From: Phytohabitans aurantiacus
GTDB taxonomy: Bacteria; Actinomycetota; Actinomycetes; Mycobacteriales; Micromonosporaceae
Direction: 5' to 3'
NCBI RefSeq assembly: GCF_027923225.1
Contig: NZ_BSDI01000004.1
Location: 98,116-130,115 of the forward strand
DNA: 32,000 nt
Shown piece by piece: positions 24,722-32,000 of this stretch (the first letter of the stretch is position 1; each line of letters opens with the position of its first letter). The translations under genes were made by a program, and so were the position numbers. The notes under the pieces were generated by a model, which was not told the origin of the DNA, did not search any database, and saw only the letters and a list, made by a program, of their open reading frames with translations.

Positions 24722-24944
24722 GGAGCGAGCCGCACTCGTCGAGGATGACCCTTCCATCGTGGCGGACCGAACGCGTCTGCACGCTGCCGTCGTGGAACTC
24801 GTGCTTGATCATGCGGCAGCCGCAGGCGTAGTACTCGTCGGTGAAGACGAGCCCGTAGTCGTCCGAGTCCCGATAGTGGTCTCCCTCGACCATCCGGCCG
24901 CAGGGTGCGAGTTCACTCGTGAAGTGGATACGTTGACCAACCAT
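24708..24944 (-). CDS. small Cys/His/Asp-rich hypothetical protein (78 aa) overlapping the frdA start
   Basis: ATG at 24944 is preceded by AGGGAG 7 nt upstream. The product is [80 protein letters not shown]3 is high from this ATG onward but low in the 32 upstream codons of the track ORF (24945-25040). I recognise no family. Confidence 0.5.
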   Translation of the reverse strand: MVGQRIHFTSELAPCGRMVEGDHYRDSDDYGLVFTDEYYACGCRMIKHEFHDGSVQTRSVRHDGRVILDECGSLHDGS

Positions 24945-25035
24945 CGCCCACTCCCTCTTCTCGACGGAGGACGCAACCTTGACGGAGGACGATCCTGTCA
25001 ATATCGTCCCACTGTCTGAGCGAGGCGGGAACCCT

Positions 25036-25072
25036 TTCATTCCAGATCTTGAAACTTCATTCCAGATCTTGA
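25036..25072. repeat. tandem 17-bp direct repeat (20-bp period) in an AT-rich leader upstream of the small-ORF/frd operon
   Basis: TTCATTCCAGATCTTGA occurs at 25036-25052 and again at 25056-25072. On the minus strand each copy reads TCAAGATCTGGAATGAA and contains the near-palindrome TTCNAGATCTNGAA around a BglII site. Confidence 0.7.
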
Positions 25073-25083
25073 TACGAAAAGTG

Positions 25084-26943
25084 TCAGATCGGCCGCAACT
25101 CCAGGTACGAGATCGACGGCATGGGCAGGTCGAGGGTCACCTCAACGCCGCCGCCACGTACGGTCACGTCGCGGTCCGGCTCCAGCAGCGGTATCTGATC
25201 GGCCTCGCCGAGGACCGCCCACTGATCGTCGTCCGGCCACTCTTCGCCGCCGAGCGCGCGCCAGGTCTCGGCCACGTTTCCGTGGGTCGCGTCGACGCGC
25301 AGGTGCCGCAGCGTGTACCGCTCGACGGGCAGACCGGTGATCGTCACCGTCACATCGCGGTCCAAAGTGGAGTCGCCACTGGCCTTGCCGTGGTCGAGCG
25401 TGCCGTTCCACAGCAGAACGCCCACCGTGCCATCGGCTCTTCGGGCGGCCCAGCACTCGACCAGGCCGTCCGCGCCGTCGCCGCGCGACACGGCGGGCAA
25501 CTCGACGTCGCCGAGTCGTTCGGCGAGCGCGAGCGCCCAGTACTTGGGCTTGGCCAGGTTTCCCACGGTGAGCAGGCCGAACCCGCCATGCAGGAGGCGC
25601 TCCGGCCGGCCCAGCTCCTCGAAGTGGTCGGAGGCGACCCAGGGGGCCAGCCCGTCGACCCGCCCGGCCACCGACCGCATGCCGCGCAGCAGGAACGTGG
25701 CCGCGAACACGGTGTCGTTGATGGTGCTGCCGTGGCTGGCGGTGACGCCCCACTCCGTCCACAAGAGAGGGAGATCGGGCCGGCCGGCCGCGGCCGCCAG
25801 CGGGCGCAGGTCGAGCGGCGGACTGCCGTACGTGTGGGTGGAGAGGAAGTCCAGCGGAGCCGCCGTCGCGAGCTGGTCGTCGATCCAGCCGACAGCCGCC
25901 GACGCCGGACCACCCACCTGGATTCCACTGTCGACCAACTTGACCGCGCGCGCCGACACCTCGTACAGGCGCCAGAACTCGTCCGGCGTGCCGGACCAGA
26001 ACACGGAAAGGTTCGCCTCGTTCCACACCTCGAACGGCCAGTGGTCGCGCACCTCGGCAAGCCCGTACCGCTCGACCAGGTGGGCGGTTAGCGCCCCGAC
26101 CAGCTCGCCCCAGCGGTCCCAGTCGCTGGGCGGTGAGATGCACCCCCGGTAGGCGAAGACCGTCTTGTCCGGGTCTCGGGCCAGGTCGCGGGGCATGAAG
26201 GACAGCTCCACGACCGGTCGCATGCCCAGATCCATCACCGTGTCGTAGACCCGGTCGACGCCGCTGAAGTCGAACCGGGATACGCCGTCGACGTTGCGAT
26301 AGACGCCCAGGTCGTCGCAGAGGATGCCGTGCGCCCGCACCGACTCGACGCCAAGCTCGTCGCGCACGCGGCGCAGCGCGGCTCGCAGATCCGCACCGAT
26401 CGGCTGGCCGCCGGTCAGGTCGGCGCACAGCAGGTGGCTCAGGTGCTCGGAGCCGACGACCCGCCGCCACGGCCGGTGCAGCGGGCCCGCGTCTCCGCCG
26501 GCGTCGACCGTCACGTCGACCGTGGCCGGTCCGTCCACTGTGGGCCGCGCCGGCACCGGCGCGCTGAGCGGGCCCATCGCGTTGACCGTGGCCAGCGGGG
26601 CGACCGCGTACCAGTACTCCTTTCCCGGCTCGGCCGTCGTGTCGGCGTAGGCGCCGTGCGGTACCGCCAGCACGTCACCACCGCCGTGGTCGACCAGCTC
26701 GAAGGGCCCGTCCTCGGCGGGTGCCCGGTGTACGGCGTAGCCGATCGCGCCGGGCACCGGATCCCAGGTGAGCGTGACCTGGCCACGGCCGCTGGCAGCG
26801 GACAGGCAGGCCGGAACGGGAAGGTCAGCTGCGGCCACCGGCCCGCCGGCGCGGTCCTGGACCCCGCCGGCGCCCATCAGCTCCGCCCACCGCTGCCGAG
26901 CCCGGTCGATGTGTGTATCAGTCCCGCCAGCTAGCTCAGTCAC
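25084..26943 (-). CDS. GH39-like (clan GH-A) glycoside hydrolase with an N-terminal fibronectin type III-like domain, apparently cytoplasmic
   Basis: 619 aa. There is an FN3-like segment (GQVTLTWDPVPGAIGYAVHRA...GKEYWYAV). The catalytic region has WPFEVWNEANL (an acid/base Glu in an NE motif as in GH39 beta-xylosidases) and FLSTHTYG. No signal peptide is seen. The GTG start at 26943 overlaps the upstream stop (GTGA). The alternative ATG at 26877 is possible, since the first 22 codons have low GC3. Confidence 0.7.
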   Translation of the reverse strand: MTELAGGTDTHIDRARQRWAELMGAGGVQDRAGGPVAAADLPVPACLSAASGRGQVTLTWDPVPGAIGYAVHRAPAEDGPFELVDHGGGDVLAVPHGAYADTTAEPGKEYWYAVAPLATVNAMGPLSAPVPARPTVDGPATVDVTVDAGGDAGPLHRPWRRVVGSEHLSHLLCADLTGGQPIGADLRAALRRVRDELGVESVRAHGILCDDLGVYRNVDGVSRFDFSGVDRVYDTVMDLGMRPVVELSFMPRDLARDPDKTVFAYRGCISPPSDWDRWGELVGALTAHLVERYGLAEVRDHWPFEVWNEANLSVFWSGTPDEFWRLYEVSARAVKLVDSGIQVGGPASAAVGWIDDQLATAAPLDFLSTHTYGSPPLDLRPLAAAAGRPDLPLLWTEWGVTASHGSTINDTVFAATFLLRGMRSVAGRVDGLAPWVASDHFEELGRPERLLHGGFGLLTVGNLAKPKYWALALAERLGDVELPAVSRGDGADGLVECWAARRADGTVGVLLWNGTLDHGKASGDSTLDRDVTVTITGLPVERYTLRHLRVDATHGNVAETWRALGGEEWPDDDQWAVLGEADQIPLLEPDRDVTVRGGGVEVTLDLPMPSISYLELRPI

Positions 26944-28487
26944 AGGGAGAACTCCTCGACGGCGATCACCGGGCGCAGTAGCCGTTCTCCCCCACCGCGG
27001 GTGAACGCGTCGCGCAACACGTCACCGCCGAGCAGGTTGCCCAGAGAGGCCATCACCATGCCCTGGTCCAGTGCCAGGTACCGCTTGGCCACCGTGCCGC
27101 TGCGCACCGCCACCGAGTCGTAGTAGCCACCCGGCCCGTAGACGTCGAACTGTGCGCGCAGCCGGGTCAGCTCGGCCACCGCCTCGGCCGGCGCGTACCG
27201 GGCGGCCAGGAACACCGCGTGCGGGGTGACGACGCCGTCGCCGTACGAGGTGGGCTCGGGCTGGGGTGCCCGGCCGGGGCAGTCACCGAACCCGTAGTCC
27301 ACAGTGGTGCGTTCGCGGTCACTGGTGTATCCCGGCCCGTCCAGGCCCATGGCGTCCACGCCGTACTCCCGGTACTCGGCGAACGGGTCAGCCGCTGGCG
27401 AGAACCCCCAGTGCCCGTACCCCGCCTCGTTCATGCCGTGCTCGATCTGGCCGCGCACGTACACCGGATGGTTGCGCCCCCAGCTCTTCGGTCCCCACCG
27501 CTCCTCGGGGACGAACAGGTTGGGCATCATCGCCTCGAACATGTCGCCGCCCCAGCTCGGCACGAACTGCAGCCCCCGGTACCGGTAGGCGCCCTCGAAG
27601 ACGGGCACGCCGAAGTAGGTGCGCTCCTGCCCGACCGGCAGCATCTCCTGCCACGACCAGTCACAGGTCGCGGGGAACGTGCGCCAAGGCCCGAAGTAGT
27701 GCGCCTGCGGCACCTGGCCGAGCGCGATCGCGACGTACCCGATCATGCGGGTCTCGCTGTTGAAAGCGCCGTAGTGGTGGCACGTGTAGTACACGTCCGG
27801 ACCCCGGCCGGGATAGTTGCCGGCGGTCGAGCAGCCTTCCGGCGGCTCCACCCAGAACCCGCCACGCATCAGACCGGCTGGGAAGTCGGCACCGCGGGCG
27901 GCGGGGTCGTAGTAGAAAGCGAAGTCCATGCCGGACAGCAGGGCGTTGGCTTGTGCCCGCAGCCGCGGGATCGCGTTGCGCGTCACCATCAGCGCGGCCG
28001 CCAGCCACGCATTGTCCACACTGGAGACGAAGGGCTGCACCGGCGCGCCAGAGGTGGGCCAGACGCGGATCAGCTCGTACGTCGCCGGGTCGTACCAGTT
28101 GTAGTACTGGCCGGAGTCGGTGTGGCGCGGCAGCCGGGCGAGACCGTCGAGCGCCCTGCGGACCCGCTCGGTCTGCTCGCGCTCGCCGATCACGTTGAGG
28201 CGGCGGGCGGCGATCGCGGACCAGATGTACGAGCCGATATTGGTGGGCGACGTGTATCGGGCACGGGTGGCCGGGTCGAGCTCGCCACCGATGTTGTCCG
28301 CCGGCAGCCCCGTACTGGGCACCACCATGGCCGCCATCGACCGCCAGGTGTCGGCGGACCAGGCTCGGACCGGCGCGCCGCTCAGCGGGTTCCGTTCGCC
28401 GGCCCGCGCGGCGGTGCCGGCAGCACCGGTACCGGTCAGCGTTAGTGTGATCACCGCCGCGAGGGCGATGCGTCGGGAGTACCTCAT
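26940..28487 (-). CDS. secreted DUF3131 / glucoamylase-like (alpha/alpha)6-barrel protein, related to GH144-type beta-1,2-glucanases
   Basis: 515 aa. The N-terminus MRYSRRIALAAVITLTLTGTGAAGTAARA carries a Tat-like signal (SRR-x-x-L twin-arginine motif). Motifs SPTNIGSYIWS, GQYYNWYD and SSVDNAWLAAAL are ones I associate with the DUF3131/putative glucoamylase family. RBS GGAGGTAAG lies upstream. Confidence 0.6.
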   Translation of the reverse strand: MRYSRRIALAAVITLTLTGTGAAGTAARAGERNPLSGAPVRAWSADTWRSMAAMVVPSTGLPADNIGGELDPATRARYTSPTNIGSYIWSAIAARRLNVIGEREQTERVRRALDGLARLPRHTDSGQYYNWYDPATYELIRVWPTSGAPVQPFVSSVDNAWLAAALMVTRNAIPRLRAQANALLSGMDFAFYYDPAARGADFPAGLMRGGFWVEPPEGCSTAGNYPGRGPDVYYTCHHYGAFNSETRMIGYVAIALGQVPQAHYFGPWRTFPATCDWSWQEMLPVGQERTYFGVPVFEGAYRYRGLQFVPSWGGDMFEAMMPNLFVPEERWGPKSWGRNHPVYVRGQIEHGMNEAGYGHWGFSPAADPFAEYREYGVDAMGLDGPGYTSDRERTTVDYGFGDCPGRAPQPEPTSYGDGVVTPHAVFLAARYAPAEAVAELTRLRAQFDVYGPGGYYDSVAVRSGTVAKRYLALDQGMVMASLGNLLGGDVLRDAFTRGGGERLLRPVIAVEEFSL

Positions 28488-28512
28488 CTGCTTACCTCCG
28501 GGGCGGCCTCAA

Positions 28513-29343
28513 TCACTTGAGGCCCGTGGTGGCGATGCCGCGGACAAAGTGCCGCTGCAGCACCGCGAAGATGACCAGGATGGGCAGGATGATCGTCACT
28601 GACCCGGCCAGCAAAAGGCCGTACTGGGTCTGGTTCTGCCCCACGCTGTAGAGCGCGAGGGCGACGGGCAGGGTGTACTTGTCTTCGGTGGTGGCCACCA
28701 CCAGCGGCCACAGGAAGTTGTTCCAGGAACCCAGGAACGTCAGGATGCCGACCGTGGCGAGCGCCGGTCCGGTCAGCGGCAGCACGATACGCCAGTAGAT
28801 GCGCCACTCGCCGGCTCCGTCGACGCGAGCGGATTCGAGCAGGTCGTCGGGGATGGACAGGATGAACTGGCGCATCAGGAAGACGTTGACCGCCAGGGCG
28901 AGGTTGGGCAGCACCAGACCGGCGAACGTGTTGACCAGACCGAGGTTGCTGACCAGTACGAACTGCGGCACGAAGGTCGCCATCGGCGGAACCATCAGGT
29001 TGCCCAGTACCAGCACGAACAGCGCTCGCCGGCCCAGAAAACGCAGCTTGGCCAGCGCGTATCCGGTGGCCGAGCAGATCAGCAGGTTTCCCACGGTCAC
29101 CAGCACCGCGACGATGACCGAGTTGGTGAAGTACAACGGAAAGTCGAGCCGTTCGAACAGCTCGCGGTAGTTGGCCAGGGTCGGGTCGGCCGGCAGCCAC
29201 GTCGGCGGCGTGCGGCGTACCTCGCCCTCACCCTTGAACGACGACAGCACCATCCACACGAACGGCGCGATCATGATCGCTAGGCCGGCGATCAGCACGG
29301 TGTGCAACACGATCGCGGCGTTTCGGTCCCGTCGACGCTTCAT
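28513..29343 (-). CDS. carbohydrate ABC transporter permease (MalG/CUT1-type)
   Basis: The start is placed at ATG 29343 (MKRRRDRNAAIVLHTVLIAGLAIMIAPFVWMVLSSFK). There are six TM helices and an EAA-like loop (ESARVDGAGEWRIYWRIVLP). Confidence 0.88.
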   Translation of the reverse strand: MKRRRDRNAAIVLHTVLIAGLAIMIAPFVWMVLSSFKGEGEVRRTPPTWLPADPTLANYRELFERLDFPLYFTNSVIVAVLVTVGNLLICSATGYALAKLRFLGRRALFVLVLGNLMVPPMATFVPQFVLVSNLGLVNTFAGLVLPNLALAVNVFLMRQFILSIPDDLLESARVDGAGEWRIYWRIVLPLTGPALATVGILTFLGSWNNFLWPLVVATTEDKYTLPVALALYSVGQNQTQYGLLLAGSVTIILPILVIFAVLQRHFVRGIATTGLK

Positions 29344-29347
29344 CGGC

Positions 29348-30229
29348 TCACCCGACCTCGTCCGAGCGCAGCAGCCGGAACCACAGGATCGACAGCAGTA
29401 CGACGGCGAGGAACAGCACATAGCTCATCGCCGACGCGTAGCCGTAGTTGCCGAACGAGAACTGGCTGTAGACGCTGTACGCCACCGTCGTCGTGCTGCC
29501 GAGCGGCCCACCGCGGGTCATCACGAACGGCTCCTCGAAGACCTGGAGCAGCCCGATCGAGCCGATCACGGTGACGAACAGCAGGGTCGGGCGCAGCGAT
29601 GGCACCGTCACGTGCCAGAACTGCGCCCACCTACTGGCGCCGTCGATGCGGGCGGCCTCGTACAGCTCGCCCGGTATCGCCTGGAGACCGGCCAGGAAAA
29701 TCACCATCTGGAAGCCGATGCCACGCCAGACGATCATCATGATCACCGCCGGCAGTGCGGTGCTGGTATTGGCCAACCAGTTCGGTCCTTCGATGCCGAC
29801 CAACCCGAGCACGCTGTTGAGCAGTCCGGTGTCGGGTTGCAGCAGAAACCGCCACACCACCGAGATCGCCACGATGCTGGTGACCACCGGCAGGTAGTAC
29901 CCGACCCGGAAGATCGCCCGGAACCTCACCAGCCCCGAGTTGAGGCCGAGGGCCGCGGCCATGCCGAGCACCACGGTCAGCGGCAACCCGAGCAGCACCA
30001 CGACGAGCGTGTTGCCGGCCGCCTTGACGAACTGCTCGTCCTGAAACAGCCGGACGTAGTTGTCGAATCCAAGGAAGGTCACGGCGAGCGGGCTGCGCAC
30101 GTCCGCGCTGCGAATGTCGGTGAAGCTCATCGCCAGCGAGGCCAGCACCGGCCCGACGAGAAACACCGCGAACAGCGCCGCGAACGGTAGCGCGAAGCTC
30201 CATCCCACAGCGGACCGGCGCAGCCGCAT
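29348..30229 (-). CDS. carbohydrate ABC transporter permease (MalF/CUT1-type)
   Basis: The start is placed at ATG 30229 (MRLRRSAVGWSFALPFAALFAVFLVGPVL). The EAA loop is YEAARIDGASRWAQFWHVTVP. The first 64 codons of the track ORF are Arg/Pro/Ser-rich and overlap the SBP gene. Confidence 0.88.
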   Translation of the reverse strand: MRLRRSAVGWSFALPFAALFAVFLVGPVLASLAMSFTDIRSADVRSPLAVTFLGFDNYVRLFQDEQFVKAAGNTLVVVLLGLPLTVVLGMAAALGLNSGLVRFRAIFRVGYYLPVVTSIVAISVVWRFLLQPDTGLLNSVLGLVGIEGPNWLANTSTALPAVIMMIVWRGIGFQMVIFLAGLQAIPGELYEAARIDGASRWAQFWHVTVPSLRPTLLFVTVIGSIGLLQVFEEPFVMTRGGPLGSTTTVAYSVYSQFSFGNYGYASAMSYVLFLAVVLLSILWFRLLRSDEVG

Positions 30230-30230
30230 G

Positions 30231-31493
30231 TCAGATCCCGGTGCCGATGGTGGCGGCCTTCTGCTGTATCGCCTTCGCCGCGTCGGCAGCTGTCTCGTCG
30301 GTCTTGACCAGCCGCTCGATCTCCGCGTCGAAGGCGGCCGCGACCTGGTCCCAGGTGCCGATCGCCGGCGGCGACTTGGCGTCGGACAGCTGATCGCCGA
30401 ACGCGGCCAGCATCGGGTCACCGGTGAGCGCCGGGTCGTCCCAGCCCGCCTTCACCGCCGGCAGGTCGCTGGTCGCCTGGTACCACTTGACCTGTGTCTG
30501 CGGCTGGGACAGCCAGGAGACGAACTTCCAGGCACCGTCGCGGTTCTTGGCGTCCTTGAACACGGCCAGGTCGCCGCCGCCGACGAACGAGGTCGCCGCC
30601 TTCCTGCTCGGCATGTGCCAGACGTCGTACTTACCGGCACCGCCCTGGCCCTCGAGGATGCCGATGTGCCATGGCCCAGAGATGAAGGCGCCGATCGAGC
30701 CCTTGACGAAGTCCGGTTCCAGCTGGCCCTGCGGCAGGTCTTTCGGCGCCAGACCCGCGTCGAAGAACGACTCGTAGTAGCCAAGCGCATCGCTCACCTG
30801 CGGACTGTCGAAGGAGAACGCGTCCGCGTTGGTCACTTCGCCGCCGTTCTGCCAGACGAACGGCATCACGGTCTGCCAGGAGCCGGTGCCGCCCGGCTGG
30901 AGCGACACGCCCCACGTCGCGCCGCCCTTCTGCTTGAACGCGGAGATCGCGGCGGTGAGCTCCTCCCAGGTCTTCGGCGGGGCGGTGACACCGGCTTTGG
31001 CCGCGACATCCTTGTTCACATAGAACAGTCGCGTCTCGACATACCAGGGCACGCCGTACGCCTTGCCGTCGACAACCGCCGTATCCCAGGCGCCGGGGAA
31101 GAAGTCGCCTTCTTTCACCAGGTCGGTGGGGAGCTGGTCCAAGCCACCGGTGCGCGCGAACTCACCCATCCAGGTGGTGCCGATCAGGCTCAGGTCGGGC
31201 GTCTGCCCGCCGGCTATCGCGGTGGCTATCTTGTCGTGCGCGCCGTCCCACGGGATCGGCGTCACCTTCACTGTCGCGTCTGGATTTTCCTTCATGAAGT
31301 CCGCGGCGAACGCGGCTAGCTTCTCGCCCTCGGTGCCCATCGCCCACACGGTGATCTCACCGCTGGCCTTGCCCTCGCTGATCGGTTGTGCCGCGTCGTC
31401 CGTGCCGTTGTCGCCGGAGTCCCGGCCGCAGCCGCTGAGTGCCACGGCCGCCACGACGGCCAGTACCGCCGTCGGGCGTGCCCACGTCCTCAT
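30231..31493 (-). CDS. ABC transporter substrate-binding lipoprotein (family 1 sugar-binding)
   Basis: 420 aa. It has a signal peptide with lipobox (VALSGC) and the typical CUT1 solute-binding-protein layout. RBS GAGGAG overlaps the LacI-family stop codon. Confidence 0.88.
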   Translation of the reverse strand: MRTWARPTAVLAVVAAVALSGCGRDSGDNGTDDAAQPISEGKASGEITVWAMGTEGEKLAAFAADFMKENPDATVKVTPIPWDGAHDKIATAIAGGQTPDLSLIGTTWMGEFARTGGLDQLPTDLVKEGDFFPGAWDTAVVDGKAYGVPWYVETRLFYVNKDVAAKAGVTAPPKTWEELTAAISAFKQKGGATWGVSLQPGGTGSWQTVMPFVWQNGGEVTNADAFSFDSPQVSDALGYYESFFDAGLAPKDLPQGQLEPDFVKGSIGAFISGPWHIGILEGQGGAGKYDVWHMPSRKAATSFVGGGDLAVFKDAKNRDGAWKFVSWLSQPQTQVKWYQATSDLPAVKAGWDDPALTGDPMLAAFGDQLSDAKSPPAIGTWDQVAAAFDAEIERLVKTDETAADAAKAIQQKAATIGTGI

Positions 31494-31502
31494 CGCGTCT
31501 CC

Positions 31503-32000
31503 TCAGGTTTTGTGATCGTGCACGCCGCAGCTCGATCGGACGATCAGTTGTGTCGCAAGGGTTTCCCGGCGTACCGGCCCCGCGTTACCCGCGATGCGTT
31601 CCTGCAACCATCGGGCAGCCGTGGCACCGAGCTCACGCATCGGCTGGCGGACCGTGGTCAATCCCGCGTACCGCGCGGCCATCACGTCGTCCCAGCCGGT
31701 AATCACGACGTCTTCCGGCACGGACAGATCCAGCTCCTTGGCCGCCTCCAGCGCACCTAGCGCCGTTTCGTCGTTGCCGCACACCAGTACCTCGGGCCGG
31801 GCCGGCCTGCGCAGCGCCCGGGCCGCCGCTCGCCGTCCCGATTCGACGTCGAAGTCGCAGCGCAGCGGGGCACGCGGTGAACGGCGGCCCGCGGCCCGGA
31901 GCGCGGCGCGGAACGCCTCGTATCGGGCGTGGACGTCGGGCGACCCGGCGGGATCACCCAGGAACCCGAATCTCTCGTACCCGTGCTCGACAAGGTGCCC
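31503..32000 (-). CDS. LacI family transcriptional regulator, C-terminal effector-binding part; gene continues past the right edge
   Basis: The frame is open from base 32000 down to the TGA at 31503-31505. I translated the stretch upstream of the listed 93-aa ORF and found no stop: ...FDVESGRRAAARALRRPARPEVLVCGNDETALGALEAAKELDLSVPEDVVITGWDDV... This is a characteristic LacI/GalR periplasmic-binding-fold motif. Confidence 0.8.
   Translation of the reverse strand, partial: GHLVEHGYERFGFLGDPAGSPDVHARYEAFRAALRAAGRRSPRAPLRCDFDVESGRRAAARALRRPARPEVLVCGNDETALGALEAAKELDLSVPEDVVITGWDDVMAARYAGLTTVRQPMRELGATAARWLQERIAGNAGPVRRETLATQLIVRSSCGVHDHKT

Noticed and set aside
24945-25060. Two alternatives: an upstream start at 25040 for the small frd-linked ORF, and a 7-codon uORF (ATG 25060, MKFQDLE, whose TGA overlaps the ATG at 25040) created by the tandem repeat.
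   Set aside because: Codons 1-32 of the long version have low GC3 (aaa, agt, ata, ttg, aca, gga, gtt) and there is no RBS, whereas ATG 24944 has AGGGAG. The uORF is simply a consequence of the duplicated TTCAT...TGA repeat unit and also lacks an RBS. Its function cannot be excluded, but nothing supports it.
1-32000. Looked for CRISPR arrays, rRNA genes, toxin-antitoxin pairs, phage or defence-system genes and long interspersed repeats.
   Set aside because: No regularly spaced repeat-spacer arrays, no rRNA-like segments and no recognisable defence or phage gene signatures were seen. The only repeats are the short operator-like and hairpin elements reported above.

Overview
High-GC, densely coding chromosomal window that looks like Actinomycetota. 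The left third (1-8750) is core content. It holds a partial RND efflux permease and thrC on the + strand. thrC converges on a minus-strand argS-lysA-hom operon whose genes abut or overlap. A DUF3105/DUF305 membrane pair, a decayed IS630-like transposase ORF and tRNA-Arg(CCG) follow. Right of the tRNA the content becomes accessory. First come a divergent MarR / NmrA-like pair and a tight TetR-SIP-S8 peptidase array (the peptidase is 1088 aa) divergent from a DHA2 MFS pump. Next is a complete five-gene split-B lasso-peptide cluster, A-C-B1-B2-D (16779-21252, minus strand). Then comes an E. coli-type frdABCD fumarate reductase operon, preceded by a small Cys-rich ORF and an AT-rich leader carrying repeats. 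The window ends with a LacI-linked sugar ABC uptake locus with two glycoside-hydrolase-like genes, running off the right edge. The strongest lead is the lasso cluster. Its 36-aa precursor matches the YxxPxLx3Gx5Tx leader motif exactly, which predicts an unusual Ile1-Asp8 macrolactam core, IGNRGPKDLLGGKQLL. A perfect 12-bp hairpin sits between the precursor and cyclase genes. Secondary leads are phased operator-like repeats in the TetR/MFS and frd leader regions, the Cys-rich ORF coupled to frdA, and thrC inverted relative to hom. Many long ORFs in the supplied track are antisense shadows typical of high-GC DNA and were not called. All calls rest on reading the sequence and recalling protein families; no database search was run.
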